A stretch of DNA of 64,000 nt. It comes from Thalia democratica (lineage: Eukaryota). Under the pieces are notes generated by a model. It did no database searches, was not told where the DNA came from, and saw only the letters and a list, made by a program, of their open reading frames with translations. The position numbers were made by a program, and so were the translations under genes. Position 1 is the stretch's first letter, and each line of letters begins with the position of its first letter. Location of the stretch: NCBI GenBank assembly GCA_965202585.1, contig OZ241831.1:14694001-14758000 (forward strand), written 5' to 3'. This document shows, one piece after another, positions 40,183-56,566 of the stretch.

Positions 40183-40770
40183 TTATTTTTTACAGCTCTT
40201 CTTGGTACTTGCCTTCTTAGATGCTTTTTTGGCTACCGGCTTCTTCTTGGTTACTTTCTTCTTCTTGCTTGCAGCTTTTTTAGATGCTGCTTTCTTAGGA
40301 GCACACTTTTTAGCAGGTCGCTTTTTGGCTGCTGGTTTTTTCGCTGCCTTCTTGGGAGCACACTTCTTTACTCGTTTCTTTGCTGCGGCCTTCTTTACTG
40401 CTGGCTTTTTAGCTACTTTTTTTGTCCTCTTCTTGGGACCAGCAGCTGGCATTGGAGCAAGCTTGAACGAGCCGGAAGCGCCTTTTCCAGTAGTCTGGAG
40501 AAAAGAACCTTTGGTCACGCCGCTGGTAAGTGCTCTCTTCAAGTGAGAATTAGAAGCTGAGAGGTCAAGCTTGTAGGTGTCCGCGATATATTTTTGTATC
40601 TTCTGGCGGGATGTACCTTTTCGTTCCTTCATTGCTCCCAGGGCAGAGCTAATCATCTCCCTGTAAGTCGGGTGTTCTGCCTTCTTGGCGCTTGGTCTCT
40701 TGGAAGACCTGGCCTTGGCTGCGGCCGCCGCCGCTGCTACTGCTGGTGCTGCTACTGCTGTGGTAGACAT
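40183..40770 (-). CDS. H1: Histone H1, set 5 (195-aa allele)
   Basis: Extra Ala in N-terminal Ala tract; YREM, YIAD, GVTKG. Confidence 0.97.
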   Translation of the reverse strand: MSTTAVAAPAVAAAAAAAKARSSKRPSAKKAEHPTYREMISSALGAMKERKGTSRQKIQKYIADTYKLDLSASNSHLKRALTSGVTKGSFLQTTGKGASGSFKLAPMPAAGPKKRTKKVAKKPAVKKAAAKKRVKKCAPKKAAKKPAAKKRPAKKCAPKKAASKKAASKKKKVTKKKPVAKKASKKASTKKSCKK

Positions 40771-42456
40771 TTTGTATGTATTTTAAAGCAACCGAAACAA
40801 TACTTTTAGTAGTTACTGACTGTGACGAATTGACTGTTGAGCAGTTTTACTTTGTGAAGTACCTTTTACTGATTAATACGAGCATTATCATGTGAGTTTA
40901 AAGCGCATATGCTCATAAAAGCATAGTTATTTTTTTACGAACGTCAAAAACATTCCAGTGACAAAGAAACCAGACTTAGCCTGGTCGGAAACAGAGTTTT
41001 TTTTAAAGCTTAGCTTTAAAGGTCCAGAAAAACAGTCTAAAAGTTACAGCACACCTCTGCATTTAATAATATAAACCTCAAATGAAACAAAATACATTAC
41101 TACACATCCGGTTTAGTTTTCTTCAGCTGCAAACTTAAAACTGTAAGATTTTAGACAAGCACAAGTATTTTTTCCACTTCAAGCTTAAGTTAAGTTTTAT
41201 TATTTTAATTTCATTCGGTTTTGTCAATTGTAAAACCCATTAAGTATGTTTAACTTGATTACAACTTTAACTGTGCTGGTTAGTAAAAAGTAATTCATAA
41301 ACAAACACAAGTATTTAATTTATGATACTTTACAAGTTATCATTACTTTAAGTATACTTATATTCAAAATGGCAGTACTAAACCACATAAAAAAACTTAA
41401 GTTCATAAGTTTTGAATTTGTTCTTCCACATACTAGTAACTTCAAAAATGTTCTGAACAGTAGCCATACAAAACTTGTTAAAAAGCTAGAAACTAATGTT
41501 TAACTTGTTATATAAAACAGTCCCAACTAGTTACTAGTATTTCACAGTTAGAAAAATTTGAAACAACTTTTTAAAACTATTACACAGTTGTTTTGATTTT
41601 TTAACAACGTTTTATTTGTTATACTCGAAGCTGAACTAAGAACTTTTTCTTTGTAGATTTCATGAAAAGAAAGCGAACAAATGGATTTGATCGTAACTTT
41701 CCAAAACAAGACGAAATAACTTGCACTTAAATGAATATCAGTACTGTTCACTTATGTTCAAAGAAAAGGACCGAAATTTCAATATGAAGTTTAAAAGAGT
41801 TGCTTATTTTGAGACGAAGAACTTTACTTAAAAAAAGAGGTTAGGCTAATTTTAAAAGTAACAAAAGTACAGTTCAAAAATGACTGCATAATGATAGAAG
41901 TGTTTATGTTTACTAAGTGAAGATTTGTTTAAATAAACTTTAATTGATTTACTGCTTAAAGTAGTTTCTAAGTGTAATAAAAACTAGATTCATTACAATG
42001 TTCTGCACAATTTAGACAGTTGACTAAATGTTTTGCTGTGGTATATTTTAAAAAAGGTTGTTAAATCAACTCTAACTTGATATAAATGTAATTTCAAAAT
42101 GTATTCTTTATTCTCAGGTGTTTTGAGCACTTCTGTTGTAACAACAGCATTTAAATTTCTAACATGTTAACAATTAGCTAATGTGTTTGTTTGATTTTTG
42201 TGTCTTTTCCTTTTAAAACAGGGTATTTACTTATTTGAAAACTGTACGTTGCTTTTGCACTCGTACTATCATAGCTGAACAGTTTTACGAAGCTTACTTT
42301 GAAGCAAATAAAAAAAAAATAAGTAAAGGCAAGAAAAACTTAAATTATTTGTTAGTTAGAACAAAGTTAGCTCTAAACATAAGAAACACTTAAGCAAATA
42401 AGCTACAAGTTTCAGACAGTTCATTGGTTTATAACAACTTTTTATCGTTTTCGAAC

Positions 42457-42580
42457 GCCTACGACCATACCACACTGAACACACCCCATCTCGTCCGATC
42501 TGGGAAGTTAAAAAAGTGTCGGGCTTAAAGGTTAGTACTTAGATGGGTGACCGCTTGGGAATACCGCGTGCCGTAGGCTT
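42457..42580 (+). rRNA. 5S: 5S rRNA variant, copy 5
   Basis: Same sequence as copy 1. Confidence 0.88.
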
Positions 42581-42772
42581 TTATTTTCAAGCACTTATTT
42601 GTTGGATTTATTCTTCATACTTATTATGAAAGTTTCTAGTTTATCTTAAACATTTTTCAATAATAAATGACACACTAACTAGACTGTCATTTAGTTGTAG
42701 ACTTATTTTGTCTGTTGCTTTCATTTTGCTATTTATATAAAAGCCATAACTTTATTTCTTAAAAGCGTTTCG

Positions 42773-45700
42773 TTCTGCTCTAGACTTTTAACAAATATAA
42801 CTTGAAATAAACAGTTGCAGTAGTTTTTAGTTATCAAGTTGTCTCATACACAGTCTTCAATAAAGTTACAAAGCTGTTTACTTCTTTTCCTTTGCATAAT
42901 GTTTCAGCTATTGGTTTTTTTACGCGTTGATGTTTTATGTTAAAAATCCATAAGCAACTAAGTTTAATAAAACAAGTCTAAGATTTGTAAAAAAAAAATT
43001 CAACTTTGCTATTCATGACAGTTGTACTGAAATTGAATGCTTTTTGGTCGTTTTTTTTCTTTAGAACAATCACTGTTGTTTACATTTATTTATTTTTGAA
43101 AATACATTTTGATAAGCATGATCAGTATAATTTTCATGAATAAACCTCTACTGTTCAAGTATTTTTTAAAATAATACGAAATTTATTAAAACTAACTGTT
43201 TTATTTTCATTCCATAATGAAATTACTTTTTATAGTGACGTAGAACAAGTTTTAAAAATAAAGTTTAGTATTTATTAAATTAAAAAAAAAGTCTACGAAG
43301 TAAGCATAATTGAGAATTTTTTTTTTGTCTAAATAAAGAAGTTAACAAGAAAAAGCCTTTGGACAACACGTTTAAGTTAGTTGAAGCTTTTTATGAAACA
43401 TCAAATTACAACTAGTTAACAAAACTTATTCCACGATTTAGGCAATACTTTCAAAACATAACTAGCTCTCTTATTAAAAGTTGCTTAGAATGTCCAGTAA
43501 AAGTACAAAGGCAATAGTAAGTATGCATATCTAGGTGACAAAAGAAAAGACAGAAAAAATATTATTTAGAAGTAAAATGTGTCATTCAACTAGCTCTAAC
43601 TCTTACTTTTGATCTTTTACCACCACAAAGTTGGTTGAGTTGCACATTTTTGTTGTTTAGTTAAAGCTTGTTTAACACTGCTTAGTAGACTTTAAAGCTG
43701 GTTAAATAAGCTGGTTGTCCTGATTACATTAGATTAACTTGATAAAGCTATAAGCAATGCTAGATCAACTAAAAGATGTAAGCTTTTTAAAGTTATAGAT
43801 TCGAAATGTTCTTTTTCGTTCATGTTGTGATGCATATATGTTGTTTTTTGTTTATGTATTTATGAGTTGTAATGCATGTTTTAAATGTGTTTTAGTTAAA
43901 GTTATTTTCTGAAACGATACAACATAAATTAGACCCAAAGCTAAACTAATTTTCAACTTGATAAATCTGTGAACAATTTGAGTTCAATAAAAAGCTTTGT
44001 AAAAAGAATTCGGTTGTAATACATGATGGTTGTTGTACTGAAATTGCAGTTTTGTTGATTTTTTTATTTTGGTTTGAACAGCTTCTGTTGTTAATTGTAT
44101 TTTAAACTGTTTTACTTAGTTTGAGTTGCATTGTAATAAAAAGAAATAATAAATTTTAGAAACTACTGGTTTATTAGATTGTAATTGTTAATATCCAAAG
44201 TTAAGTTTGTTTTATTATAATTTAATGTATTATTTTCATTTAAAATCTAATACTTTTTACAGTGACGTAGAACAGTATTTTTTAAATAAACTAAATACTT
44301 TTTCAATTTTACAAAAAGAAGTATACAAAATAAGCATAACGGGAATAAGTTTTGTTTAAAGAAAGAAGTTTACAAGAAAATCTTATGGACACAAAAATCA
44401 AGTTAGTTGAAGCTTTCTGCGAAACGTATATTTATTTGTAATGTAACAGACTTAAGCAATGGTTTTTAAATACAACTAGCTCCCTCCTCAAAAGTAGTTT
44501 AAAATGTCATGTAAGAGAACAAAAACAATTGTAAATACAAGTATGTGACAAAAAGTTAAAACACAAAAGTATAAGTTAGAAGTAAACTGTTTTATACAAA
44601 CATTCTAACTCACCTTTTACCAGCACAAAAAACATTAAGTTTGGTTCGTTTTTGTCGTCTAGTTAGAGCTTGTTTAATGCTGCTTAGTGGACATTGATAT
44701 CTGGTTGAATCAGTTGGTGGTCCTTATCACTTTAGACTTATAACAGAAATGACTATAGACTGTAAAAGTCGTTTTAAGTCATCAAGTTGTCTCACATATA
44801 GTTGTAACAAGTAATACAAATGAGTGGTGACAAGCTGTTACTTCTTTTCCTTTCAGCTTAAAAATTGAGTTCTTTCATGTATTCGACTAATTAAGCAATC
44901 AAAAACAAACTAAATAGATGTCAGCTTTGTAAAATAAAAGTTTTAATGATAAGCTTTCATCAACTATTTCAGCTATTTTTGTTTTGGTAAATCGCGTACT
45001 TGTTTATAGTGTTGTTTTTCTTTGAACAATCGATGTTGTTTACATTTATGTATTTTAATGTATGATTTTTAAATTACTATGCATGTTTTTAATCGTGTTT
45101 TAGTTGTAATTAAACTATATTTTTTGTGAAACAAATATTGTTTGTTGTTAACAATTGAAAACATACTTTGTTGATAAACCAAAGTAAGTTTTATTCTTAT
45201 TACTATTTAAGTGTACTATTTTCATTGAAAAATATAAATAGTTTTTAAAGTGACGTAGCGTAACTTTTTTTAATAAGTTAAAAAACAAATAATTATTGAA
45301 TGTTTAAGAAAAGTGCACAAAGTAAGAACGAATAAGATAGAGTTCTTAGAAAAAAAAAGATATCAAGAAGAAAAAGACATCCAAGTTAGTTAATTATGTT
45401 AAGCATTCAATTACAGTAGTTGTTACATCAAGTTGTCTAACACCTAGTCTAAACAAGTAACTTTACCATGAAAATAATAAAACAAGCATTTTTTAACCGT
45501 GTTTAAGCTAATGAGTTGGTTTGTATCATAGGGTGATGTTTTGGCTTGAAATGATATCTTAAATAAGCTAAATAGATGTCAGCCTTGTAGGTGGGAATAC
45601 TTAAATGTGTTTGAAATTCACATTTGTTATCTTTTGTTCTGAACTTTTATTTCTATTTATATACTTATAACTTTTTAAAACATTTTACATGGTTTTAACT

Positions 45701-46158
45701 GCATTTAAGTTGATAAAAAGAAGACGTTTAAAAGTTAAACCTTTGTTGTGTTGCTGATAATCAACAACAACAACTTAAAAATGTAACAAAAACTAAGGTT
45801 TTTTTTGGTATAAGTTAAGTATACGTTACTGTATTATTTTTTTTAAACACTTATTTACTGAATGTTTTAACAGAAATTCAACAAATGAACAAGAAGTTGT
45901 ATAGAAAAAAAAAAGTTCACGGACAACGTATTGAAGTTAGTTAAATCCTTTTTTACATATACTACTGTTTTTTCAAATTAGACTTGAGCAATGGTAACCA
46001 TAAGATTAAAACTTGAAAGTACGACAAATTTTAAATCAAACAACTAAAGTGTTTGATCTTTTAATTCTTATAACAACCAGTTTGTTTGTACAATTATCAA
46101 TTTGTGGCTTGTACTTTAAGTAGATATCAATAGCCGGTTTTGTTCAAATGGTGGTCCT
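42773..46158. repeat. Degenerate ~1-kb module array, spacer 6
   Basis: Same markers as spacer 1; left boundary approximate. Confidence 0.78.
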
Positions 46159-46181
46159 AAAAAGGACCGGTTGTTGAGCAT

Positions 46182-46541
46182 TTATTTTGAGCTGGTGTAC
46201 TTGGTAACAGCTTTAGTTCCCTCTGAAACTGCGTGCTTTGACAACTCGCCGGGGAGCAAGAGCCTGACAGCAGTTTGAATTTCGCGGCTGCTCACAGTTG
46301 ACCTCTTGTTGTAATGAGCCAAACGTGAAGCCTCTGCTGCAATGCGCTCGAAGATGTCGTTGACAAATGAGTTCATGATTCCCATCGCCTTGCTGGAAAT
46401 TCCGGTGTCGGGGTGCACTTGCTTCAAAACTTTGTACACGTAGATGCCAAAGCTTTCTTTGTGCCTCCTCCTTCGCTTCTTCTTGCCGTCGACCGGGGTG
46501 GTCTTGGCTACTGACTTCTTCGCGCCTTTGGTTGCGGTCAT
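46182..46541 (-). CDS. H2B: Histone H2B, set 6
   Basis: 119 aa, intact. Confidence 0.99.
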   Translation of the reverse strand: MTATKGAKKSVAKTTPVDGKKKRRRRHKESFGIYVYKVLKQVHPDTGISSKAMGIMNSFVNDIFERIAAEASRLAHYNKRSTVSSREIQTAVRLLLPGELSKHAVSEGTKAVTKYTSSK

Positions 46542-46700
46542 GATGATGTGTGAACTTCAGTCTCGGCGCCAGCTTATATACTGAAAGTTTATGCAAATTA
46601 GCATTTCCGTACGCGAACGACAGCCTCTCTCATTTTATGATTCTCTCGTTTGTCGTAAATATTTTTAGGTGGTCCTGAAAAGGACCTGGTTTGTTTTAAC

Positions 46701-47081
46701 TTAGGCTGATTTTTTTGAAGCGGTCTTCTTGGGCAATAATACTGCCTGGATGTTTGGAAGAACACCTCCTTGAGCAATAGTGACGCCGCCGAGAAGTTTG
46801 TTCAACTCTTCGTCGTTGCGGATAGCTAGTTGCAAATGGCGGGGAATGATCCTGCTTTTCTTGTTGTCACGAGCAGCGTTACCGGCAAGCTCGAGCACTT
46901 CTGCGCTCAAATACTCGAGAACGGCAGCCAGATAAACTGGAGCACCAGCTCCGACTCTTTGGCTGTAGTTGCCAGTGCGCAACAGGCGGTGCACGCGACC
47001 GACTGGAAACTGCAGTCCTGCACGAGAAGACCTGCTCTTCGGCTTAGATTTGAGTTTTGATCCTTTACCACGTCCCGACAT
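46701..47081 (-). CDS. H2A: Histone H2A, set 6
   Basis: 126 aa, intact. Confidence 0.99.
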   Translation of the reverse strand: MSGRGKGSKLKSKPKSRSSRAGLQFPVGRVHRLLRTGNYSQRVGAGAPVYLAAVLEYLSAEVLELAGNAARDNKKSRIIPRHLQLAIRNDEELNKLLGGVTIAQGGVLPNIQAVLLPKKTASKKSA

Positions 47082-47275
47082 CTTGTTGTTCGAATGATTG
47101 TGCCAAGATGCTCGCACAGCTCTGTATAAAACTCAAACCTAACCGCGTCGAACGAACAACTAATTTGCATATGTCGTAGCTGCTCTTTAATCTTGTCAAA
47201 ATGTTTGTTCAGCAGTGTTGAAGAAATTTGATTTTGAAATGGGTGGTCCTAAAAAGGACCGAGTTTGCTAAATGT

Positions 47276-47620
<345 letters not shown>

Positions 47621-47776
47621 TCATTTATAAGCTGTTACGGACGCGTACGGTTACTACTAAACTAATTTGCATACTCAGAAAAGTCTCTAACTTACATTCT
47701 TTCGTTTGGTTTATTTTTTCTCACTATCAAACAAAGTTTAAAAGTGGCCCTGAAAAGGACCGGTTTTAGCTAATGC

Positions 47777-48313
<537 letters not shown>

Positions 48314-48374
48314 TCATGTTTTGTTAATATTTTGATTGAGTGGTCCTGAAAAGGACCTTGGGTAAAAGAACAAC

Positions 48375-48962
48375 TTATTTTTTACAGCTCTTCTTGGTAC
48401 TTGCCTTCTTAGATGCTTTTTTGGCTACCGGCTTCTTCTTGGTTACTTTCTTCTTCTTGCTTGCAGCTTTTTTAGATGCTGCTTTCTTAGGAGCACACTT
48501 TTTAGCAGGTCGCTTTTTGGCTGCTGGTTTTTTCGCTGCCTTCTTGGGAGCACACTTCTTTACTCGTTTCTTTGCTGCGGCCTTCTTTACTGCTGGCTTT
48601 TTAGCTACTTTTTTTGTCCTCTTCTTGGGACCAGCAGCTGGCATTGGAGCAAGCTTGAACGAGCCGGAAGCGCCTTTTCCAGTAGTCTGGAGAAAAGAAC
48701 CTTTGGTCACGCCGCTGGTAAGTGCTCTCTTCAAGTGAGAATTAGAAGCTGAGAGGTCAAGCTTGTAGGTGTCCGCGATATATTTTTGTATCTTCTGGCG
48801 GGATGTACCTTTTCGTTCCTTCATTGCTCCCAGGGCAGAGCTAATCATCTCCCTGTAAGTCGGGTGTTCTGCCTTCTTGGCGCTTGGTCTCTTGGAAGAC
48901 CTGGCCTTGGCTGCGGCCGCCGCCGCTGCTACTGCTGGTGCTGCTACTGCTGTGGTAGACAT
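48375..48962 (-). CDS. H1: Histone H1, set 6 (195-aa allele)
   Basis: Same protein as set 5. Confidence 0.97.
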   Translation of the reverse strand: MSTTAVAAPAVAAAAAAAKARSSKRPSAKKAEHPTYREMISSALGAMKERKGTSRQKIQKYIADTYKLDLSASNSHLKRALTSGVTKGSFLQTTGKGASGSFKLAPMPAAGPKKRTKKVAKKPAVKKAAAKKRVKKCAPKKAAKKPAAKKRPAKKCAPKKAASKKAASKKKKVTKKKPVAKKASKKASTKKSCKK

Positions 48963-50648
48963 TTTGTATGTATTTTAAAGCAACCGAAACAATACTTTTA
49001 GTAGTTACTGACTGTGACGAATTGACTGTTGAGCAGTTTTACTTTGTGAAGTACCTTTTACTGATTAATACGAGCATTATCATGTGAGTTTAAAGCGCAT
49101 ATGCTCATAAAAGCATAGTTATTTTTTTACGAACGTCAAAAACATTCCAGTGACAAAGAAACCAGACTTAGCCTGGTCGGAAACAGAGTTTTTTTTAAAG
49201 CTTAGCTTTAAAGGTCCAGAAAAACAGTCTAAAAGTTACAGCACACCTCTGCATTTAATAATATAAACCTCAAATGAAACAAAATACATTACTACACATC
49301 CGGTTTAGTTTTCTTCAGCTGCAAACTTAAAACTGTAAGATTTTAGACAAGCACAAGTATTTTTTCCACTTCAAGCTTAAGTTAAGTTTTATTATTTTAA
49401 TTTCATTCGGTTTTGTCAATTGTAAAACCCATTAAGTATGTTTAACTTGATTACAACTTTAACTGTGCTGGTTAGTAAAAAGTAATTCATAAACAAACAC
49501 AAGTATTTAATTTATGATACTTTACAAGTTATCATTACTTTAAGTATACTTATATTCAAAATGGCAGTACTAAACCACATAAAAAAACTTAAGTTCATAA
49601 GTTTTGAATTTGTTCTTCCACATACTAGTAACTTCAAAAATGTTCTGAACAGTAGCCATACAAAACTTGTTAAAAAGCTAGAAACTAATGTTTAACTTGT
49701 TATATAAAACAGTCCCAACTAGTTACTAGTATTTCACAGTTAGAAAAATTTGAAACAACTTTTTAAAACTATTACACAGTTGTTTTGATTTTTTAACAAC
49801 GTTTTATTTGTTATACTCGAAGCTGAACTAAGAACTTTTTCTTTGTAGATTTCATGAAAAGAAAGCGAACAAATGGATTTGATCGTAACTTTCCAAAACA
49901 AGACGAAATAACTTGCACTTAAATGAATATCAGTACTGTTCACTTATGTTCAAAGAAAAGGACCGAAATTTCAATATGAAGTTTAAAAGAGTTGCTTATT
50001 TTGAGACGAAGAACTTTACTTAAAAAAAGAGGTTAGGCTAATTTTAAAAGTAACAAAAGTACAGTTCAAAAATGACTGCATAATGATAGAAGTGTTTATG
50101 TTTACTAAGTGAAGATTTGTTTAAATAAACTTTAATTGATTTACTGCTTAAAGTAGTTTCTAAGTGTAATAAAAACTAGATTCATTACAATGTTCTGCAC
50201 AATTTAGACAGTTGACTAAATGTTTTGCTGTGGTATATTTTAAAAAAGGTTGTTAAATCAACTCTAACTTGATATAAATGTAATTTCAAAATGTATTCTT
50301 TATTCTCAGGTGTTTTGAGCACTTCTGTTGTAACAACAGCATTTAAATTTCTAACATGTTAACAATTAGCTAATGTGTTTGTTTGATTTTTGTGTCTTTT
50401 CCTTTTAAAACAGGGTATTTACTTATTTGAAAACTGTACGTTGCTTTTGCACTCGTACTATCATAGCTGAACAGTTTTACGAAGCTTACTTTGAAGCAAA
50501 TAAAAAAAAAATAAGTAAAGGCAAGAAAAACTTAAATTATTTGTTAGTTAGAACAAAGTTAGCTCTAAACATAAGAAACACTTAAGCAAATAAGCTACAA
50601 GTTTCAGACAGTTCATTGGTTTATAACAACTTTTTATCGTTTTCGAAC

Positions 50649-50772
50649 GCCTACGACCATACCACACTGAACACACCCCATCTCGTCCGATCTGGGAAGT
50701 TAAAAAAGTGTCGGGCTTAAAGGTTAGTACTTAGATGGGTGACCGCTTGGGAATACCGCGTGCCGTAGGCTT
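50649..50772 (+). rRNA. 5S: 5S rRNA variant, copy 6
   Basis: Same sequence as copy 1. Confidence 0.88.
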
Positions 50773-50964
50773 TTATTTTCAAGCACTTATTTGTTGGATT
50801 TATTCTTCATACTTATTATGAAAGTTTCTAGTTTATCTTAAACATTTTTCAATAATAAATGACACACTAACTAGACTGTCATTTAGTTGTAGACTTATTT
50901 TGTCTGTTGCTTTCATTTTGCTATTTATATAAAAGCCATAACTTTATTTCTTAAAAGCGTTTCG

Positions 50965-53900
50965 TTCTGCTCTAGACTTTTAACAAATATAACTTGAAAT
51001 AAACAGTTGCAGTAGTTTTTAGTTATCAAGTTGTCTCATACACAGTCTTCAATAAAGTTACAAAGCTGTTTACTTCTTTTCCTTTGCATAATGTTTCAGC
51101 TATTGGTTTTTTTACGCGTTGATGTTTTATGTTAAAAATCCATAAGCAACTAAGTTTAATAAAACAAGTCTAAGATTTGTAAAAAAAAAATTCAACTTTG
51201 CTATTCATGACAGTTGTACTGAAATTGAATGCTTTTTGGTCGTTTTTTTTCTTTAGAACAATCACTGTTGTTTACATTTATTTATTTTTGAAAATACATT
51301 TTGATAAGCATGATCAGTATAATTTTCATGAATAAACCTCTACTGTTCAAGTATTTTTTAAAATAATACGAAATTTATTAAAACTAACTGTTTTATTTTC
51401 ATTCCATAATGAAATTACTTTTTATAGTGACGTAGAACAAGTTTTAAAAATAAAGTTTAGTATTTATTAAATTAAAAAAAAAGTCTACGAAGTAAGCATA
51501 ATTGAGAATTTTTTTTTTGTCTAAATAAAGAAGTTAACAAGAAAAAGCCTTTGGACAACACGTTTAAGTTAGTTGAAGCTTTTTATGAAACATCAAATTA
51601 CAACTAGTTAACAAAACTTATTCCACGATTTAGGCAATACTTTCAAAACATAACTAGCTCTCTTATTAAAAGTTGCTTAGAATGTCCAGTAAAAGTACAA
51701 AGGCAATAGTAAGTATGCATATCTAGGTGACAAAAGAAAAGACAGAAAAAATATTATTTAGAAGTAAAATGTGTCATTCAACTAGCTCTAACTCTTACTT
51801 TTGATCTTTTACCACCACAAAGTTGGTTGAGTTGCACATTTTTGTTGTTTAGTTAAAGCTTGTTTAACACTGCTTAGTAGACTTTAAAGCTGGTTAAATA
51901 AGCTGGTTGTCCTGATTACATTAGATTAACTTGATAAAGCTATAAGCAATGCTAGATCAACTAAAAGATGTAAGCTTTTTAAAGTTATAGATTCGAAATG
52001 TTCTTTTTCGTTCATGTTGTGATGCATATATGTTGTTTTTTGTTTATGTATTTATGAGTTGTAATGCATGTTTTAAATGTGTTTTAGTTAAAGTTATTTT
52101 CTGAAACGATACAACATAAATTAGACCCAAAGCTAAACTAATTTTCAACTTGATAAATCTGTGAACAATTTGAGTTCAATAAAAAGCTTTGTAAAAAGAA
52201 TTCGGTTGTAATACATGATGGTTGTTGTACTGAAATTGCAGTTTTGTTGATTTTTTTATTTTGGTTTGAACAGCTTCTGTTGTTAATTGTATTTTAAACT
52301 GTTTTACTTAGTTTGAGTTGCATTGTAATAAAAAGAAATAATAAATTTTAGAAACTACTGGTTTATTAGATTGTAATTGTTAATATCCAAAGTTAAGTTT
52401 GTTTTATTATAATTTAATGTATTATTTTCATTTAAAATCTAATACTTTTTACAGTGACGTAGAACAGTATTTTTTAAATAAACTAAATACTTTTTCAATT
52501 TTACAAAAAGAAGTATACAAAATAAGCATAACGGGAATAAGTTTTGTTTAAAGAAAGAAGTTTACAAGAAAATCTTATGGACACAAAAATCAAGTTAGTT
52601 GAAGCTTTCTGCGAAACGTATATTTATTTGTAATGTAACAGACTTAAGCAATGGTTTTTAAATACAACTAGCTCCCTCCTCAAAAGTAGTTTAAAATGTC
52701 ATGTAAGAGAACAAAAACAATTGTAAATACAAGTATGTGACAAAAAGTTAAAACACAAAAGTATAAGTTAGAAGTAAACTGTTTTATACAAACATTCTAA
52801 CTCACCTTTTACCAGCACAAAAAACATTAAGTTTGGTTCGTTTTTGTCGTCTAGTTAGAGCTTGTTTAATGCTGCTTAGTGGACATTGATATCTGGTTGA
52901 ATCAGTTGGTGGTCCTTATCACTTTAGACTTATAACAGAAATGACTATAGACTGTAAAAGTCGTTTTAAGTCATCAAGTTGTCTCACATATAGTTGTAAC
53001 AAGTAATACAAATGAGTGGTGACAAGCTGTTACTTCTTTTCCTTTCAGCTTAAAAATTGAGTTCTTTCATGTATTCGACTAATTAAGCAATCAAAAACAA
53101 ACTAAATAGATGTCAGCTTTGTAAAATAAAAGTTTTAATGATAAGCTTTCATCAACTATTTCAGCTATTTTTGTTTTGGTAAATCGCGTACTTGTTTATA
53201 GTGTTGTTTTTCTTTGAACAATCGATGTTGTTTACATTTATGTATTTTAATGTATGATTTTTAAATTACTATGCATGTTTTTAATCGTGTCTTAGTTGTA
53301 ATTAAACTATATTTTTTGTGAAACAAATATTGTTTGTTGTTAACAATTGAAAACATACTTTGTTGATAAACCAAAGTAAGTTTTATTCTTATTACTATTT
53401 AAGTGTACTATTTTCATTGAAAAATATAAATAGTTTTTAAAGTGACGTAGCGTAACTTTTTTTAATAAGTTAAAAAACAAATAATTATTGAATGTTTAAG
53501 AAAAGTGCACAAAGTAAGAACGAATAAGATAGAGTTCTTAGAAAAAAAAAGATATCAAGAAGAAAAAGACATCCAAGTTAGTTAATTATGTTAAGCATTC
53601 AATTACAGTAGTTGTTACATCAAGTTGTCTAACACCTAGTCTAAACAAGTAACTTTACCATGAAAATAATAAAACAAGCATTTTTTAACCGTGTTTAAGC
53701 TAATGAGTTGGTTTGTATCATAGGGTGATGTTTTGGCTTGAAATGATATCTTAAATAAGCTAAATAGATGTCAGCCTTGTAGGTGGGAATACTTAAATGT
53801 GTTTGAAATTCACATTTGTTATCTTTTGTTCTGAACTTTTATTTCTATTTATATACTTATAACTTTTTAAAACATTTTACATGGTTTTAACTGCATTTAA

Positions 53901-54350
53901 GTTGATAAAAAGAAGACGTTTAAAAGTTAAACCTTTGTTGTGTTGCTGATAATCAACAACAACAACTTAAAAATGTAACAAAAACTAAGGTTTTTTTTGG
54001 TATAAGTTAAGTATACGTTACTGTATTATTTTTTTTAAACACTTATTTACTGAATGTTTTAACAGAAATTCAACAAATGAACAAGAAGTTGTATAGAAAA
54101 AAAAAAGTTCACGGACAACGTATTGAAGTTAGTTAAATCCTTTTTTACATATACTACTGTTTTTTCAAATTAGACTTGAGCAATGGTAACCATAAGATTA
54201 AAACTTGAAAGTACGACAAATTTTAAATCAAACAACTAAAGTGTTTGATCTTTTAATTCTTATAACAACCAGTTTGTTTGTACAATTATCAATTTGTGGC
54301 TTGTACTTTAAGTAGATATCAATAGCCGGTTTTGTTCAAATGGTGGTCCT
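50965..54350. repeat. Degenerate ~1-kb module array, spacer 7
   Basis: Same markers as spacer 1; left boundary approximate. Confidence 0.78.
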
Positions 54351-54373
54351 AAAAAGGACCGGTTGTTGAGCAT

Positions 54374-54733
54374 TTATTTTGAGCTGGTGTACTTGGTAAC
54401 AGCTTTAGTTCCCTCTGAAACTGCGTGCTTTGACAACTCGCCGGGGAGCAAGAGCCTGACAGCAGTTTGAATTTCGCGGCTGCTCACAGTTGACCTCTTG
54501 TTGTAATGAGCCAAACGTGAAGCCTCTGCTGCAATGCGCTCGAAGATGTCGTTGACAAATGAGTTCATGATTCCCATCGCCTTGCTGGAAATTCCGGTGT
54601 CGGGGTGCACTTGCTTCAAAACTTTGTACACGTAGATGCCAAAGCTTTCTTTGTGCCTCCTCCTTCGCTTCTTCTTGCCGTCGACCGGGGTGGTCTTGGC
54701 TACTGACTTCTTCGCGCCTTTGGTTGCGGTCAT
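54374..54733 (-). CDS. H2B: Histone H2B, set 7
   Basis: 119 aa, intact. Confidence 0.99.
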   Translation of the reverse strand: MTATKGAKKSVAKTTPVDGKKKRRRRHKESFGIYVYKVLKQVHPDTGISSKAMGIMNSFVNDIFERIAAEASRLAHYNKRSTVSSREIQTAVRLLLPGELSKHAVSEGTKAVTKYTSSK

Positions 54734-54892
54734 GATGATGTGTGAACTTCAGTCTCGGCGCCAGCTTATATACTGAAAGTTTATGCAAATTAGCATTTCC
54801 GTACGCGAACGACAGCCTCTCTCATTTTATGATTCTCTCGTTTGTCGTAAATATTTTTAGGTGGTCCTGAAAAGGACCTGGTTTGTTTTAAC

Positions 54893-55273
54893 TTAGGCTG
54901 ATTTTTTTGAAGCGGTCTTCTTGGGCAATAATACTGCCTGGATGTTTGGAAGAACACCTCCTTGAGCAATAGTGACGCCGCCGAGAAGTTTGTTCAACTC
55001 TTCGTCGTTGCGGATAGCTAGTTGCAAATGGCGGGGAATGATCCTGCTTTTCTTGTTGTCACGAGCAGCGTTACCGGCAAGCTCGAGCACTTCTGCGCTC
55101 AAATACTCGAGAACGGCAGCCAGATAAACTGGAGCACCAGCTCCGACTCTTTGGCTGTAGTTGCCAGTGCGCAACAGGCGGTGCACGCGACCGACTGGAA
55201 ACTGCAGTCCTGCACGAGAAGACCTGCTCTTCGGCTTAGATTTGAGTTTTGATCCTTTACCACGTCCCGACAT
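54893..55273 (-). CDS. H2A: Histone H2A, set 7
   Basis: 126 aa, intact. Confidence 0.99.
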   Translation of the reverse strand: MSGRGKGSKLKSKPKSRSSRAGLQFPVGRVHRLLRTGNYSQRVGAGAPVYLAAVLEYLSAEVLELAGNAARDNKKSRIIPRHLQLAIRNDEELNKLLGGVTIAQGGVLPNIQAVLLPKKTASKKSA

Positions 55274-55467
55274 CTTGTTGTTCGAATGATTGTGCCAAGA
55301 TGCTCGCACAGCTCTGTATAAAACTCAAACCTAACCGCGTCGAACGAACAACTAATTTGCATATGTCGTAGCTGCTCTTTAATCTTGTCAAAATGTTTGT
55401 TCAGCAGTGTTGAAGAAATTTGATTTTGAAATGGGTGGTCCTAAAAAGGACCGAGTTTGCTAAATGT

Positions 55468-55812
<345 letters not shown>

Positions 55813-55968
55813 TCATTTATAAGCTGTTACGGACGCGTACGGTTACTACTAAACTAATTTGCATACTCAGAAAAGTCTCTAACTTACATTCTTTCGTTTG
55901 GTTTATTTTTTCTCACTATCAAACAAAGTTTAAAAGTGGCCCTGAAAAGGACCGGTTTTAGCTAATGC

Positions 55969-56505
<537 letters not shown>

Positions 56506-56566
56506 TCATGTTTTGTTAATATTTTGATTGAGTGGTCCTGAAAAGGACCTTGGGTAAAAGAACAAC